From contig OZ220741.1 in the NCBI GenBank assembly GCA_965116885.1, positions 480,001 through 544,000 of the forward strand: 64,000 nt of DNA, in the 5' to 3' direction. The DNA is from Candidatus Latescibacterota bacterium. Lineage in GTDB: Bacteria; Latescibacterota; UBA2968. The notes under the pieces were generated by a model. That model was given only the letters and a program-made list of their open reading frames with translations, did not search any database and was not told where the DNA came from. Positions 1-9,824 of this stretch are shown piece after piece. Each line of letters opens with the position of its first letter. The stretch's first letter is position 1. Position numbers and translations under genes: made by a program.

Positions 1-119
1 AAGCGCGTATTTCTCGTATATTCACAACACAGCGAACATCCCGCCTTGACATCCATAAGAAGTTTTTAAATATTAAAGCCCAATATATCTGCAACGAGAA
101 ACAAGAGGAGATCACAAAA

Positions 120-542
120 ATGGCTGACCAAAACATTCCGACACAAAATCAACAAAACGAACTGCTATTCATGCAACTGGTCATGATGTTTCAGGGCATG
201 GCATTGCAAAACCTGGGCAAAGTGATGAACCCGGTAACCAACCAGATCGAGCGCAACCTGGAACAGGCCAAAAACATGATTGACATCCTGGGCATGCTGG
301 ACGAAAAAACAAAAGGCAACTTAAACGACAACGAGGAAAAATTAATGGAACACGTATTATTTGAACTGCGAATGAACTATGTAGATGAACTCAAAAAGGA
401 CGAAACGCCAGAAGAGCAAACAGAGGAAGAACAAGTGTCAGATAATAGCGCCGAAGACACAGCATCAGAAGCGCAGGCAACAGAAGAAGATCAGGCACCA
501 GATAAAAATGCGAATAAAGAGAAAAAAGAAGACAGCGAATAA
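120..542 (+). CDS. DUF1844 domain-containing protein with acidic C-terminal tail
   Basis: ALQNLGK..NP...NLEQAKNMIDILGMLDEKTKGNL...LFELRMNYV matches the DUF1844 pattern; SD GAGGAG upstream. Confidence 0.8.
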   Translation: MADQNIPTQNQQNELLFMQLVMMFQGMALQNLGKVMNPVTNQIERNLEQAKNMIDILGMLDEKTKGNLNDNEEKLMEHVLFELRMNYVDELKKDETPEEQTEEEQVSDNSAEDTASEAQATEEDQAPDKNANKEKKEDSE

Positions 543-599
543 TATCTAACCAGTAACGATCAGCACACACTGGCGAAGCACAACAAAAAGATGACGGAC

Positions 600-625
600 G
601 GGACGGCACAGGGGCCGTCCCCTAC
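600..625 (-). repeat. GTAG-type REP palindrome (GTAGGGGACGGCCCCTGTGCCGTCCC)
   Basis: Identical copy at 41327-41352; GTAG tetranucleotide followed by a GC-rich hairpin. Confidence 0.8.
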
Positions 626-678
626 AACACAATGCCGCGATGACGGCTTTTATGTATAGTACATGCGGAGGAAAAAAA

Positions 679-1191
679 TTGAGCACATCCCAAAAGTGGT
701 CAGCTTGCTGCTTACTGCTCATTATGTATCTACCTTTGAGTTGTGCTTATTACTCCACATCAGCCACGGGCAGTGGCGGCATCCGCTCCGTCGCTGTACC
801 GCTGCTCGACAACGAAAGCCTCGAAGCCGGTATTCACCAGGCATTGACAGACAGCTTAATACAGGGATTTGTCTCTGATGCTGCCCTGCGCGTCGTCGAA
901 GAAGATCAGGCCGATGCCGTATTGCAAGGCACGGTCCTCGAAATCAAAGAAGAACCCTTTACATATAGCGGTCAGGCGAGTGCCGAACAATATCAAATCT
1001 CCGTCTATGTAAAAATGGCCTTTTACGACACGCGGGAAAAACAAACACTCTGGGAAATTGACCGCATGCGCGGTTACGGCATCTACGACGCGGCGAGCCA
1101 GCGCGACCTCGCCCGCACACAAGGTATCGGCGACGCGCTGCGCATGCTCTCCAAAGACGTCGTAGATCGAACCCAGGTAGGAGGATGGTAA
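679..1191 (+). CDS. lptE: LptE-family lipoprotein
   Basis: Lipobox-like PLSC, SVAVP..DNES, ADAVLQGTV; TTG start at 679 has SD GGAGG (ORF track starts at 640). Confidence 0.7.
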   Translation: MSTSQKWSACCLLLIMYLPLSCAYYSTSATGSGGIRSVAVPLLDNESLEAGIHQALTDSLIQGFVSDAALRVVEEDQADAVLQGTVLEIKEEPFTYSGQASAEQYQISVYVKMAFYDTREKQTLWEIDRMRGYGIYDAASQRDLARTQGIGDALRMLSKDVVDRTQVGGW

Positions 1192-1194
1192 CGT

Positions 1195-2133
1195 ATGCCT
1201 GAAAACAACGTCGTGGTCGATGACTTCATGCAATTGATCGGCGGAACGCCCCTGATACGCTTAAACAACCTGGCGACACCCGACATGGCCGAAGTCGTCG
1301 TCAAAATGGAATCCTTAAATCCGGCTCGCACGGTAAAAGACCGCATAGCCCTATCCATGGTCGAAGCCGCAGAACGCGACGGCCACTTAAAGCCCGGCAT
1401 GACCATCGTCGAACCTACCAGTGGCAACACGGGCATTGGTCTGGCAATGGTCGCAACCGCGCGCGGTTATCGCCTGATATTAACCATGCCCGACTCCATG
1501 AGCAGGGAACGACGCGACCTGCTCGAAAGTTATGGCGCCGAATTGATATTAACCCCGGGCGAACTCGACATGCCCGGCGCTGTCGCAGAAGCCGAACGGA
1601 TCGTAAACGAGTCACCCGAAACGACCTTTATGCCACAGCAATTTAACAACCCTGCCAATCCAGAAATACACCGCCAAACCACAGCCCGGGAAATATTAGA
1701 AGCCGTTGACGGCCACCTCGACGCCTTTGTCGCAGGCATAGGCACGGGAGGAACCATCACAGGCGTGGGTGAAGTCTTAAAAGCCGAATTAGACCACGTA
1801 CGCGTGATCGCCGTCGAACCCACCAAATCTCCGGTCCTATCGGGCGGAGAGCCAGCACTACACGGCATCCAGGGCATCGGTGCAGGATTTATTCCCTCAG
1901 TACTCAACCGCGATATTTTCGACACGCTAATATGCGTGCGCGATGAAGACGCCATAAAAACAGCTCGCAAACTCGGGCGCGAAGAAGGCATTTTAGCCGG
2001 CATATCAGCCGGGGCAAATGTATTCGCTGCCCTGCAAATCGCCCGCGACCTCGGACCGGGCAAGCGGGTCGCAACCATAATCTGCGACTCGGGCGAGCGG
2101 TACTTCAGCGTACCGGAGTTCTTACAAGCATAG
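1195..2133 (+). CDS. cysK: Cysteine synthase A
   Basis: KMESLNP.RTVKDR (PLP lysine), EPTSGNTG, GIGTGGT, HGIQGIGAG. Confidence 0.95.
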   Translation: MPENNVVVDDFMQLIGGTPLIRLNNLATPDMAEVVVKMESLNPARTVKDRIALSMVEAAERDGHLKPGMTIVEPTSGNTGIGLAMVATARGYRLILTMPDSMSRERRDLLESYGAELILTPGELDMPGAVAEAERIVNESPETTFMPQQFNNPANPEIHRQTTAREILEAVDGHLDAFVAGIGTGGTITGVGEVLKAELDHVRVIAVEPTKSPVLSGGEPALHGIQGIGAGFIPSVLNRDIFDTLICVRDEDAIKTARKLGREEGILAGISAGANVFAALQIARDLGPGKRVATIICDSGERYFSVPEFLQA

Positions 2134-2160
2134 TTGACCCCACTTACAACGGAGATCCTC

Positions 2161-3198
2161 ATGAGCAATATCCCCAACTACTTGAAAAATTACGCCGACC
2201 TCTACGCCGACAACCCGCGTGCTGCTGCACTACAATGGTTCCGCGAAGCGCGTTACGGCCTGTTCTTACACTACGGACTCTACTCTCTAATAGGACGACA
2301 CGAATGGGTGCAATTGCGGGAACTCATCCCTGTTGCCGAATACGCAAAACTCATCGACGACTTCACCGCTGAAAATTTCGATGCCGAGCGCATCGCGCAA
2401 TTTGCCGTTGACTGCGGGATGAAATACATCAACATCACCACGCGGCATCACGACTCATTCTGCTTATTCGACACAGCGGAAACGGACTTTAACAGCACCA
2501 ATGCCCCGGCGGGCCGCGACTTAATCAAAGAACTCGCCGAAGCGTGTGATCGCCACGCACTCGGATTGTGTTTATACTATTCCCATGGACGGGACTGGAA
2601 ACATCCACATGCCCCCAACAACGACGAATGGGGGGGACAGGCAAGACCCAAATACGATCTACCCGAACCGAGCTATGCCACTGGCTCCGCGCACAACTTG
2701 CAAATATATCTCGACTTTATGCAGGCACAAATCACAGAACTACTCACAAATTACGGACCCGTAGCCGCAATCTGGCTGGATGGAATTGGCGTTCTCAACA
2801 ACGGCGACAAAGCAAAATTTAAGTGTCAGGAACTCTACGACTACATCCATAGCGTACAACCACAGGTAATGGTCTCCTACAAACAGGGCTTGCTGGGCAC
2901 CGAAGACTTTCAGGCACCCGAACATCAGGCTGTAACACAGACAGACAAACCCATGGAAATTTGCACGACAATGTGTTCTGGACCGGGAGGAAAAGGCGTA
3001 TCGTGGGGCTATCTCGCCGAAGGGGGCCACCACAAAACTGAGGAAGAAGTTTGGCAGGCACTGACAGCAGCACGGGAAAGCGGTTGCAATCTATTGTTAA
3101 ACACCGGACCCCTGCCCGATGGATCACTCGATGAAAAAGATGTACCAGTACTGCTCGCAGTGGGCGAACGCATTCGCAAAGAGGGATTTCCGAAATAA
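2161..3198 (+). CDS. Alpha-L-fucosidase family protein (GH29)
   Basis: WFREARYGLFLHYG, TTRHHDSF, IWLDG nucleophile motif, NLLLNTGP; ATG 2161 with SD GGAG; no signal peptide seen. Confidence 0.88.
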   Translation: MSNIPNYLKNYADLYADNPRAAALQWFREARYGLFLHYGLYSLIGRHEWVQLRELIPVAEYAKLIDDFTAENFDAERIAQFAVDCGMKYINITTRHHDSFCLFDTAETDFNSTNAPAGRDLIKELAEACDRHALGLCLYYSHGRDWKHPHAPNNDEWGGQARPKYDLPEPSYATGSAHNLQIYLDFMQAQITELLTNYGPVAAIWLDGIGVLNNGDKAKFKCQELYDYIHSVQPQVMVSYKQGLLGTEDFQAPEHQAVTQTDKPMEICTTMCSGPGGKGVSWGYLAEGGHHKTEEEVWQALTAARESGCNLLLNTGPLPDGSLDEKDVPVLLAVGERIRKEGFPK

Positions 3199-3201
3199 AA
3201 A

Positions 3202-3310
3202 GAACCCCGCCCTACCACCCAACGGGCGGGCACAGGGGCACCGCCCCTACATTGATTCGTAGATGAACTGGCCTGAGAGACGGCCAGTTGTACCCCGTTC
3301 TGTAGATTCG
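3202..3310. repeat. ~110-bp composite REP-containing element, copy 1
   Basis: Near-identical to 56813-56915; contains GTAGGGGCGGTGCCCCTGTGCCCGCCC on the minus strand. Confidence 0.85.
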
Positions 3311-3324
3311 AGGAGCCTGACTTT

Positions 3325-5283
3325 GTGTCAGTACAAACAACCGACATACAGGAGGAACCCCAACCCCTGACACAGCGATCGCCCTGGTGGGCAATTGCAT
3401 TGGCTGTATTGATCACCGTATCAATCAACGCAATCATCCCCTATACCCATCACTACATGCACACCATATCACTGGTCGAAGGCATGATACCGATGGGTAT
3501 TTTTATGCCATTTCTGGTACTGATCTTTATTGTAAATCCCGTGCTGCGCGCGCTGGGATATGCATTACAACCCTGGGAATTGATCTTCATCTTTGCGGTG
3601 GGCTATGTAAGCATGTCCATCAATGAACTGCTCGGGCGCGTACTGGCAACCTATGCCGTAATGCACTACATGGCAACGCCGGAAAACCTCTGGGAAGAAT
3701 ACGTCTTTGGCCTCGTCCAACCCTATCTCGTAGTCGAAGATGCCAAAGATCAATTGGCCTGGTTTTACGAGGGCCTGCCTCGCAACGCAACGATACCCTG
3801 GGCAATCTGGATACGCCCCACATTCTGGTGGCTGAGCTTTATCGCCGCGCTCGGTCTGGGATCAGTCGCACTGGCGACAATCCTGCGCCGGCAATGGGTT
3901 GAACAAGAGCGGTTGCCCTTTCCCTTTGCACAAGTCGCCGAAGAACTGGCTGAGACAGCAGGACCAAAGGGATTTCCCGAATACATGAAACAGCCGCTAT
4001 TCTGGGCTGGCTTTTCCATTCCCGCAGTTATCGTCTTGTGGTACATCATCGGCTACTTCGACCCCAGCTTCCCCGTAATTACCATAGGGATCCAGAATCA
4101 CACAATCTCATTGGGAAGGTATGTGCCCTACCTGCACGGGCGACTCAACTTTTTAATTATCGGATTTGCATACTTTACCGATCTACAGGTCTTATTTTCA
4201 ATCTGGGTATTCTGGGTACTCACCTGGCTTCAAATAGGGATGACCAACCGGCTGGGCCTGGCAGAGGGCCTCGGCGAGTTTGCCGGCACGCGACAGCAAG
4301 CACTGGGGGGATTTATCGTGTTTTGTCTGTGGGGATTGTGGATTGCGCGAACCCACATAAAGGCGGTCTTCCAACAGGCATTTCGCCAGACAAAAAATAT
4401 GGACGACCAGAACGAATTGATGTCCTACCGTACAGCGGTCACCACATTTCTCACCTGTGCGCTATTTGCCATGTTCTGGTTATTCAAAGGAGGGATGACA
4501 CCGTTTTGGGCCGTATTGGTCACGGTATTCTGGTTTGTTTTTTACACCGGATTTGCCAAAATCGTAGCCATGACCGGACTCGTATTTCTGGAATCGCCCA
4601 GCAGCCTGGGCACGGGCATAATGGGATTCGCACCACCCGATTCACTGTCGTCAAACACAATCGCCATGCGGCAACAAGTGGGCAGCATGTATCAAAACGG
4701 CAAAAGCTTCACCATGCCCGCTGCCGCCCATGCCGCCCGGTTGAGCATCAACCTGGGCAATCGGGCGCGTGTACTGGGCTTGACCATCGCATTTGCATTT
4801 GTATTTTCCCTCATCGCCGCCGCCGCATCGACAATTTATCTGGGCTATACCGACGGCGCATTTAATTTTGGCTCGTACATGTTCCGGGTTGCCGCGCCGC
4901 GTTACTACGACGGCATAGTATCATCCATCCGCGACATAGGCAAAGAGACCCACTACGGTCTTCGAATGGCATTTACGGTATTTGGCGCGCTGACAATGGG
5001 CATCTTAACCCTCTGCCAATACCGATTCACCTGGTGGCCGCTCCATCCCATCGGATTTACAGTCGTAACCTTTTATTCGGCGCGCACCGCCATCTTGTCT
5101 GTATTTCTCACATGGCTGATTAAATTTATCATCTTCCGCCTGGGAGGAATCGCGCTGTATCGCAGGGCAAAACCCTTTTTTATCGGCATGATTGTGGGAT
5201 ACACCCTATCGCTCATTGTGAGCATGAGCGTCGATCTTTTATGGTTCCCCGGGCAAGGGCACAATCTGTATTGGGGAGACTGA
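3325..5283 (+). CDS. Polytopic membrane protein, DUF6785/DUF6784-type putative transporter
   Basis: Many TM segments; ATPEN.W, LRRQW.E.ERL..P and WWPLHPIGF motifs shared with the paralog at 38270-40246. Confidence 0.7.
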   Translation: MSVQTTDIQEEPQPLTQRSPWWAIALAVLITVSINAIIPYTHHYMHTISLVEGMIPMGIFMPFLVLIFIVNPVLRALGYALQPWELIFIFAVGYVSMSINELLGRVLATYAVMHYMATPENLWEEYVFGLVQPYLVVEDAKDQLAWFYEGLPRNATIPWAIWIRPTFWWLSFIAALGLGSVALATILRRQWVEQERLPFPFAQVAEELAETAGPKGFPEYMKQPLFWAGFSIPAVIVLWYIIGYFDPSFPVITIGIQNHTISLGRYVPYLHGRLNFLIIGFAYFTDLQVLFSIWVFWVLTWLQIGMTNRLGLAEGLGEFAGTRQQALGGFIVFCLWGLWIARTHIKAVFQQAFRQTKNMDDQNELMSYRTAVTTFLTCALFAMFWLFKGGMTPFWAVLVTVFWFVFYTGFAKIVAMTGLVFLESPSSLGTGIMGFAPPDSLSSNTIAMRQQVGSMYQNGKSFTMPAAAHAARLSINLGNRARVLGLTIAFAFVFSLIAAAASTIYLGYTDGAFNFGSYMFRVAAPRYYDGIVSSIRDIGKETHYGLRMAFTVFGALTMGILTLCQYRFTWWPLHPIGFTVVTFYSARTAILSVFLTWLIKFIIFRLGGIALYRRAKPFFIGMIVGYTLSLIVSMSVDLLWFPGQGHNLYWGD

Positions 5284-5380
5284 GAGAAGTGAGAAGGAAG
5301 AAGTGAGAAGACCGCCCAACACCGCCCTAAAACGGTGCTTTATACTACTTCACACTTCAAACTTCACACTTCCTACTTCA
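5284..5380. repeat. Inverted arrays of heptamer tandem repeats (GAGAAGT-like / ACACTTC-like)
   Basis: gagaagt gagaagg aagaagt gagaag ... ctacttc acacttc aaacttc acacttc ctacttc between convergent genes. Confidence 0.8.
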
Positions 5381-5867
5381 AAACCTGCGACACCCAATCG
5401 GACAATCGGGTATTGAGCGGTTTTAACATCACGAGTGCATCTTCGCGAGGGTGTGTATAATACGCTTTTCTGATCGCTATAGTCTCAAATCCCATCTTCT
5501 TATAGAGATCAATCGCAGCACAATTGGACATACGCACCTCCAGAGACACCACCTGCGCCATTTTCTCCAACAGATCAAATACAGCTTTTAGCGTTTTTCT
5601 GCCCAGCCCCTTTCTTTGAAAATCAGGCGCAATAGCCAAATTCACCAGATGAAATTCCCGACCAATCAAAAAACCCACAACATAGCCCGCAATCTCGCAC
5701 CCGACCATAACCACCCGGCAAAAACCATTTTCGCGATTCCGCGCAAACTCAAAATCACGGCGTGTCCAGGGAGTGGGAAAAACTGCCATTTCAATCTTTA
5801 TAACCCGGTCAAAATGCGAAGGGAGCATCTCCACCAACACGGGTGTCATCGAATTATCCATCACCAC
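5373..5867 (-). CDS. rimI: Ribosomal protein S18-alanine N-acetyltransferase
   Basis: FPTPW, NLAIAPDFQRKGLG, LEVRMSN..AI.LY..GF...RKAYY...EDA; follows tsaB. Confidence 0.9.
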   Translation of the reverse strand: MVMDNSMTPVLVEMLPSHFDRVIKIEMAVFPTPWTRRDFEFARNRENGFCRVVMVGCEIAGYVVGFLIGREFHLVNLAIAPDFQRKGLGRKTLKAVFDLLEKMAQVVSLEVRMSNCAAIDLYKKMGFETIAIRKAYYTHPREDALVMLKPLNTRLSDWVSQVLK

Positions 5868-6558
5868 TCAACCGCGCTTCTCGCACGCGCTCTGCTTGTG
5901 TTCGCCGCAAATAAAAAGGCTCTGCCGTCTCCGCATCATCCACCTCTCCCCGTTCGCAACGCGCCTGCCCCAGCAGCGCAACAGCCCCAGCAGTGGGGCG
6001 ACCCAGAGTTGCATTTGCAAAGAACGCATCTCGCCCCAACGCATCGACAATAACATCGCGATAAGCCTGGACACCATCTCCCACCACAGTCACGGGGCGC
6101 GGCAGGCGCGTGACCCAATTGGAAACCGCATCAGCTCTATCGGGCATTTTCGAAATCGGATCCCCCGCAACGAGATCATATACCCCCGCATATACATCGC
6201 CTCGCCGAGCATCCAGCATTGGACAAACCGGCACCCCCTCTACCCCCGTCCCAAAAGCCATTGCCGCAAGGGTTGACACACGCACAAATTTCAGATCCGC
6301 CCCGCGGCACAGCCCCTTCGCCAGGCCCATACCGATACGCAACCCCGTAAACGACCCGGGACCAGCAGCCACAGCCACGCCATCCAGATCGCCAACACTT
6401 AAACCCGCCTCCCGCAACGCCATCTCAACCATCGGCTGCAACCGTTCCGAATGATGTGAACCCAATTCCAGCGTGTATTCCACAACCACGCGGGCATCGC
6501 AGGCCAAAGCCACACTGCATACCGATGTTGAAGTCTCAATACCCAAAAAAAATTTCAA
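5854..6558 (-). CDS. tsaB: tRNA threonylcarbamoyladenosine biosynthesis protein TsaB
   Basis: LGIETST, HSERL, GPGSFTGLRIG, LDARRGDVY, EPFYLR. Confidence 0.95.
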   Translation of the reverse strand: MKFFLGIETSTSVCSVALACDARVVVEYTLELGSHHSERLQPMVEMALREAGLSVGDLDGVAVAAGPGSFTGLRIGMGLAKGLCRGADLKFVRVSTLAAMAFGTGVEGVPVCPMLDARRGDVYAGVYDLVAGDPISKMPDRADAVSNWVTRLPRPVTVVGDGVQAYRDVIVDALGRDAFFANATLGRPTAGAVALLGQARCERGEVDDAETAEPFYLRRTQAERVREARLSGDG

Positions 6559-6582
6559 CTTACAATACCTTGTCGATCAAAC

Positions 6583-6653
6583 GGGCGAGGCATGCCTCGC
6601 CCCTACAACAGCGGACGAAAATTTTTATGGGGCGAAAAATTTTTCGCCCCTAC
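6583..6653. repeat. Two tandem GTAG-type REP palindromes
   Basis: gggcgaggcatgcctcgcccctac and ggggcgaaaaatttttcgcccctac in the ruvB-tsaB spacer. Confidence 0.75.
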
Positions 6654-6669
6654 GATACAATGTCAACCT

Positions 6670-7695
6670 TCAAAACAACTTACTTTGTGACTCTTCTCCA
6701 GGCGGCGTCTTCCCCAAATGCAAATACGCCCGCGCCGTTGCCTGACGCCCCCGATGCGTGCGCACCAGGAACCCCTCCTGAATCAGATAGGGTTCATACA
6801 CTTCCTCCAGCGTATCTGTCTCTTCACTCAGCGCAGCACCCAGATTATTTAAGCCAACGGGACCACCTTCGAATTTATCGATCAGCGTTTCCAACAATCG
6901 CCGATCCATTTCATCCAACCCCTTTGCATCCACCCCCAGCAATGCCAGCGCCTTAACCGCAACTTCTTCTGTAATCACGCCATCGGCACGCACCTGTGCA
7001 TAATCGCGAGACCGCGACAACTGACGCCCGGCAATGCGCGCTGTTCCCCGCGACCTGTGGGCAATCACGCGCGCGGCATCCTCTTCAATCTCAATACCCA
7101 AAATACGCGCCGCCCTCATCACAATGGCCTGCAACTCTTCCGGGGCGTAAAAATCCAGCCGCTCCATCAACCCAAAGCGCGATCGCATCGGTGCCGTAAG
7201 CAGTCCCAATCGCGTTGTTGCGCCCACCATAGTAAAGGGTTCAAGCGGAATTTGATACGACCTGGCACTCGGCCCGCTATCGATCATAATATCCAGCGTA
7301 AAATCCTCCATCGCCGAATACAAATGCTCTTCTACCACCCGATTCATGCGATGAATCTCGTCGATAAACAGCACATCGCGCTCATTCAAATTCGTCAAAA
7401 TCCCCGCCAGATCAGCCGGGCGCTCAAGCACCGGCCCCGATGTCACATGAATTTCAACCCCAAGCTCGTGCGCGATCACATAAGCCATCGTCGTTTTGCC
7501 CAAACCGGGAGGCCCGTGCAACAAAATATGGCCCATAGCCTCATTGCGATGACGCGCTGCCTCCACAGCAATACGCAAATTCGTCTTCGCCTTTTCTTGC
7601 CCGACCATATCGTCAAATCGAATCGGACGAATCCGTTGATCGTGCTCAAATTCGTCGCCATCCTGAAATTCGGGATCGGTAAATCGTTCATCCAT
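6670..7695 (-). CDS. ruvB: Holliday junction branch migration ATPase RuvB
   Basis: [36 protein letters not shown]. Confidence 0.97.
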   Translation of the reverse strand: MDERFTDPEFQDGDEFEHDQRIRPIRFDDMVGQEKAKTNLRIAVEAARHRNEAMGHILLHGPPGLGKTTMAYVIAHELGVEIHVTSGPVLERPADLAGILTNLNERDVLFIDEIHRMNRVVEEHLYSAMEDFTLDIMIDSGPSARSYQIPLEPFTMVGATTRLGLLTAPMRSRFGLMERLDFYAPEELQAIVMRAARILGIEIEEDAARVIAHRSRGTARIAGRQLSRSRDYAQVRADGVITEEVAVKALALLGVDAKGLDEMDRRLLETLIDKFEGGPVGLNNLGAALSEETDTLEEVYEPYLIQEGFLVRTHRGRQATARAYLHLGKTPPGEESQSKLF

Positions 7696-7713
7696 AAAAT
7701 AGCCTTATGACCG

Positions 7714-8310
7714 CTAAATACTCCTCAACGACCGCTTAATCACTTCCTCAATCGGTGCGTCGTCGCCCATCTCCTGCAAGACCGTTGCAACAACTTTGCG
7801 CGCCTGCACCGGATTTGCGCCCAAACCAGATAGAGCCGCCGCCGCTTCGTCTAATACATCGGGATCTGCATGCTCCACGGCATCGGATGAAAAATCTTCT
7901 GGCGTAATATCGCCAATTTTATCCTTCATTTCCAGCACCAGACGCTGCGCGAGTTTTTGACCGATGCCTTTGATACGCGTCAATCCTTTGGCATCTTCTG
8001 CGGCAACCAACCGCCTGAAATCCGCAATGGGAATACCGGACAAAATTTTCAATGCCATCGGTGGTCCAATACCCGAAACCGCGATCAGGCGCTCAAACAA
8101 ATCGCGCTCGGACACTGAGGCAAATCCGTAAAGCGTCATCGCGTCTTCCCTCACATAGAGATGCGTGAGAATATTGACGCGCCCGTCCTCAACCAAAAGC
8201 GATTCATAGCTCGACAGCGAAATATTGACGTGATACCCCACACCCTGAACATCGACAATAACATGAGTCGGGTGTTTTTCGACCAGTTGTCCTTGTAGAA
8301 ACGCAATCAT
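7714..8310 (-). CDS. ruvA: Holliday junction binding protein RuvA
   Basis: DVQGVGY, HLYVRED..LYGF, SGIGP, KGIG.K.AQR..LE. Confidence 0.96.
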   Translation of the reverse strand: MIAFLQGQLVEKHPTHVIVDVQGVGYHVNISLSSYESLLVEDGRVNILTHLYVREDAMTLYGFASVSERDLFERLIAVSGIGPPMALKILSGIPIADFRRLVAAEDAKGLTRIKGIGQKLAQRLVLEMKDKIGDITPEDFSSDAVEHADPDVLDEAAAALSGLGANPVQARKVVATVLQEMGDDAPIEEVIKRSLRSI

Positions 8311-8314
8311 TGTA

Positions 8315-8947
8315 TCATCTTCCTCTTCGGTTCAATCGCCGCCGCGACTTCGCACTCACACCGATTTCTTTGAGTTTCTCATCAAATCGACTCTGTTCTC
8401 TACCGCCCTGTTTCAACGCCTCAATCTTCTCTGCCAGTTTATTGTCCCGTTTTCCAGGACCACGCGCAGCAACCTTCTGATGCGCATGGCACAGGGCAAT
8501 TGCCACGGCATCTGTCGCATCAAATCCCTGACCCACTGCTTCTTTCCCCAGCAATCGTTGGATCATAAATTGCACCTGTTCTTTGGACGCACTCCCCCGG
8601 CCCACAACTGCTCTTTTTACTTCGCGGGGCGCGTATTCAAAAATGGGCAGATCGGAATTGGCCAGTGCCGTCACAATAGCCCCTCGCGCCTGACACAACT
8701 TAATCAGCGATTGCGTATTGGCACCGTAAAAAACAGATTCAAGCGCAACTTCATGCGGGCTTGAATCCGCGACCAGCGCGAGCAAGTGATCGTAGATATA
8801 GAGCAAGCGCTGGGGAAAAGACAATTTATTCCCGGGCCGAATACAGCCGCATTGCAGCAACCGATTTTTCCGGTTCTGGTGCTCAACCAGACCAAAACCG
8901 GTTACCACACTACCCGGATCAATACCCAGAATGATCACGCGGACCAC
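8315..8947 (-). CDS. ruvC: Crossover junction endodeoxyribonuclease RuvC with basic C-terminal extension
   Basis: ILGIDPG, ALESVF, GRGSASKEQVQ, DATDAVAIALCH. Confidence 0.95.
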   Translation of the reverse strand: MVRVIILGIDPGSVVTGFGLVEHQNRKNRLLQCGCIRPGNKLSFPQRLLYIYDHLLALVADSSPHEVALESVFYGANTQSLIKLCQARGAIVTALANSDLPIFEYAPREVKRAVVGRGSASKEQVQFMIQRLLGKEAVGQGFDATDAVAIALCHAHQKVAARGPGKRDNKLAEKIEALKQGGREQSRFDEKLKEIGVSAKSRRRLNRRGR

Positions 8948-8989
8948 CTTTTGAAGTGTGAAGGAAGAATTGCGGAGGGGGAGGGGAAA

Positions 8990-9739
8990 TCAAGCTGTCA
9001 GGGCTGATAGTTCACTATCGTCAATCTCAAAATTGGCATATACCCGCTGCACATCGTCATTGTCTTCGAGCATTTCCATCAAGGCCAACAATTGCTGCGC
9101 GATTTTGCCTTCAACGGGCACAGTACTTTGCGGAACGCGCGTCAATTCAGCGCGCTCAATCTCAATACCCGCCTCTTCAACCGCCTTGCGAACGCTTTCA
9201 AAATCGGGCAGGGATGCATAAACTTCATAGACACTCTCTTCTTCTGCAATATCCTCGGCACCGGCATCCAACGCCACCAGCATTATCTCATCCTCTTCCA
9301 CACCCTCTTTGGGCACCGAAATCAGGCCCTTTTGCTCAAACACCCATGCCACGGCACCACTTTCGGCCATACTGCCGTTGTATTTGCTAAACAAATGCCG
9401 CACTTCGGACACCGTGCGGTTGCGATTATCTGTCAGAGTTTCAACAAACATGGCCACACCACCCGGCCCGTAGCCCTCGTAAATCGCACCTTCATAAGAC
9501 TCGCCTTCAAGCTCTCCCGTACCCTTTTTAATCGCGCGATCAATATTGACCATAGGCATATTTTCCGCCTTCGCACTCAGAACAGCCGCACGCAGACGCG
9601 GATTGTTCGCTTCATCGCCACCAGCCTCGCGGGCAGCCACGGTAATCTCTCGAATCAGCTTGGTAAACGCCTTGCCTCGAGCCGCGTCCTGACGGCCCTT
9701 GCGATGCTTGATATTTGCCCATTTAGAATGTCCAGCCAT
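8990..9739 (-). CDS. yebC: YebC/PmpR family protein
   Basis: MAGHSKWANIKHRK, YEGYGPGG, TDNRNRT, LEDNDDVQRVY; true start 9739 (ORF track extends to 9928). Confidence 0.95.
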   Translation of the reverse strand: MAGHSKWANIKHRKGRQDAARGKAFTKLIREITVAAREAGGDEANNPRLRAAVLSAKAENMPMVNIDRAIKKGTGELEGESYEGAIYEGYGPGGVAMFVETLTDNRNRTVSEVRHLFSKYNGSMAESGAVAWVFEQKGLISVPKEGVEEDEIMLVALDAGAEDIAEEESVYEVYASLPDFESVRKAVEEAGIEIERAELTRVPQSTVPVEGKIAQQLLALMEMLEDNDDVQRVYANFEIDDSELSALTA

Positions 9740-9824
9740 CCTTCTATACTCCTTTATTTTTAGGTCTCCTATTACCTTAATCCAAATGTAGTCAGAACCC
9801 CGCCATTGTGCAATAGGAAATACG

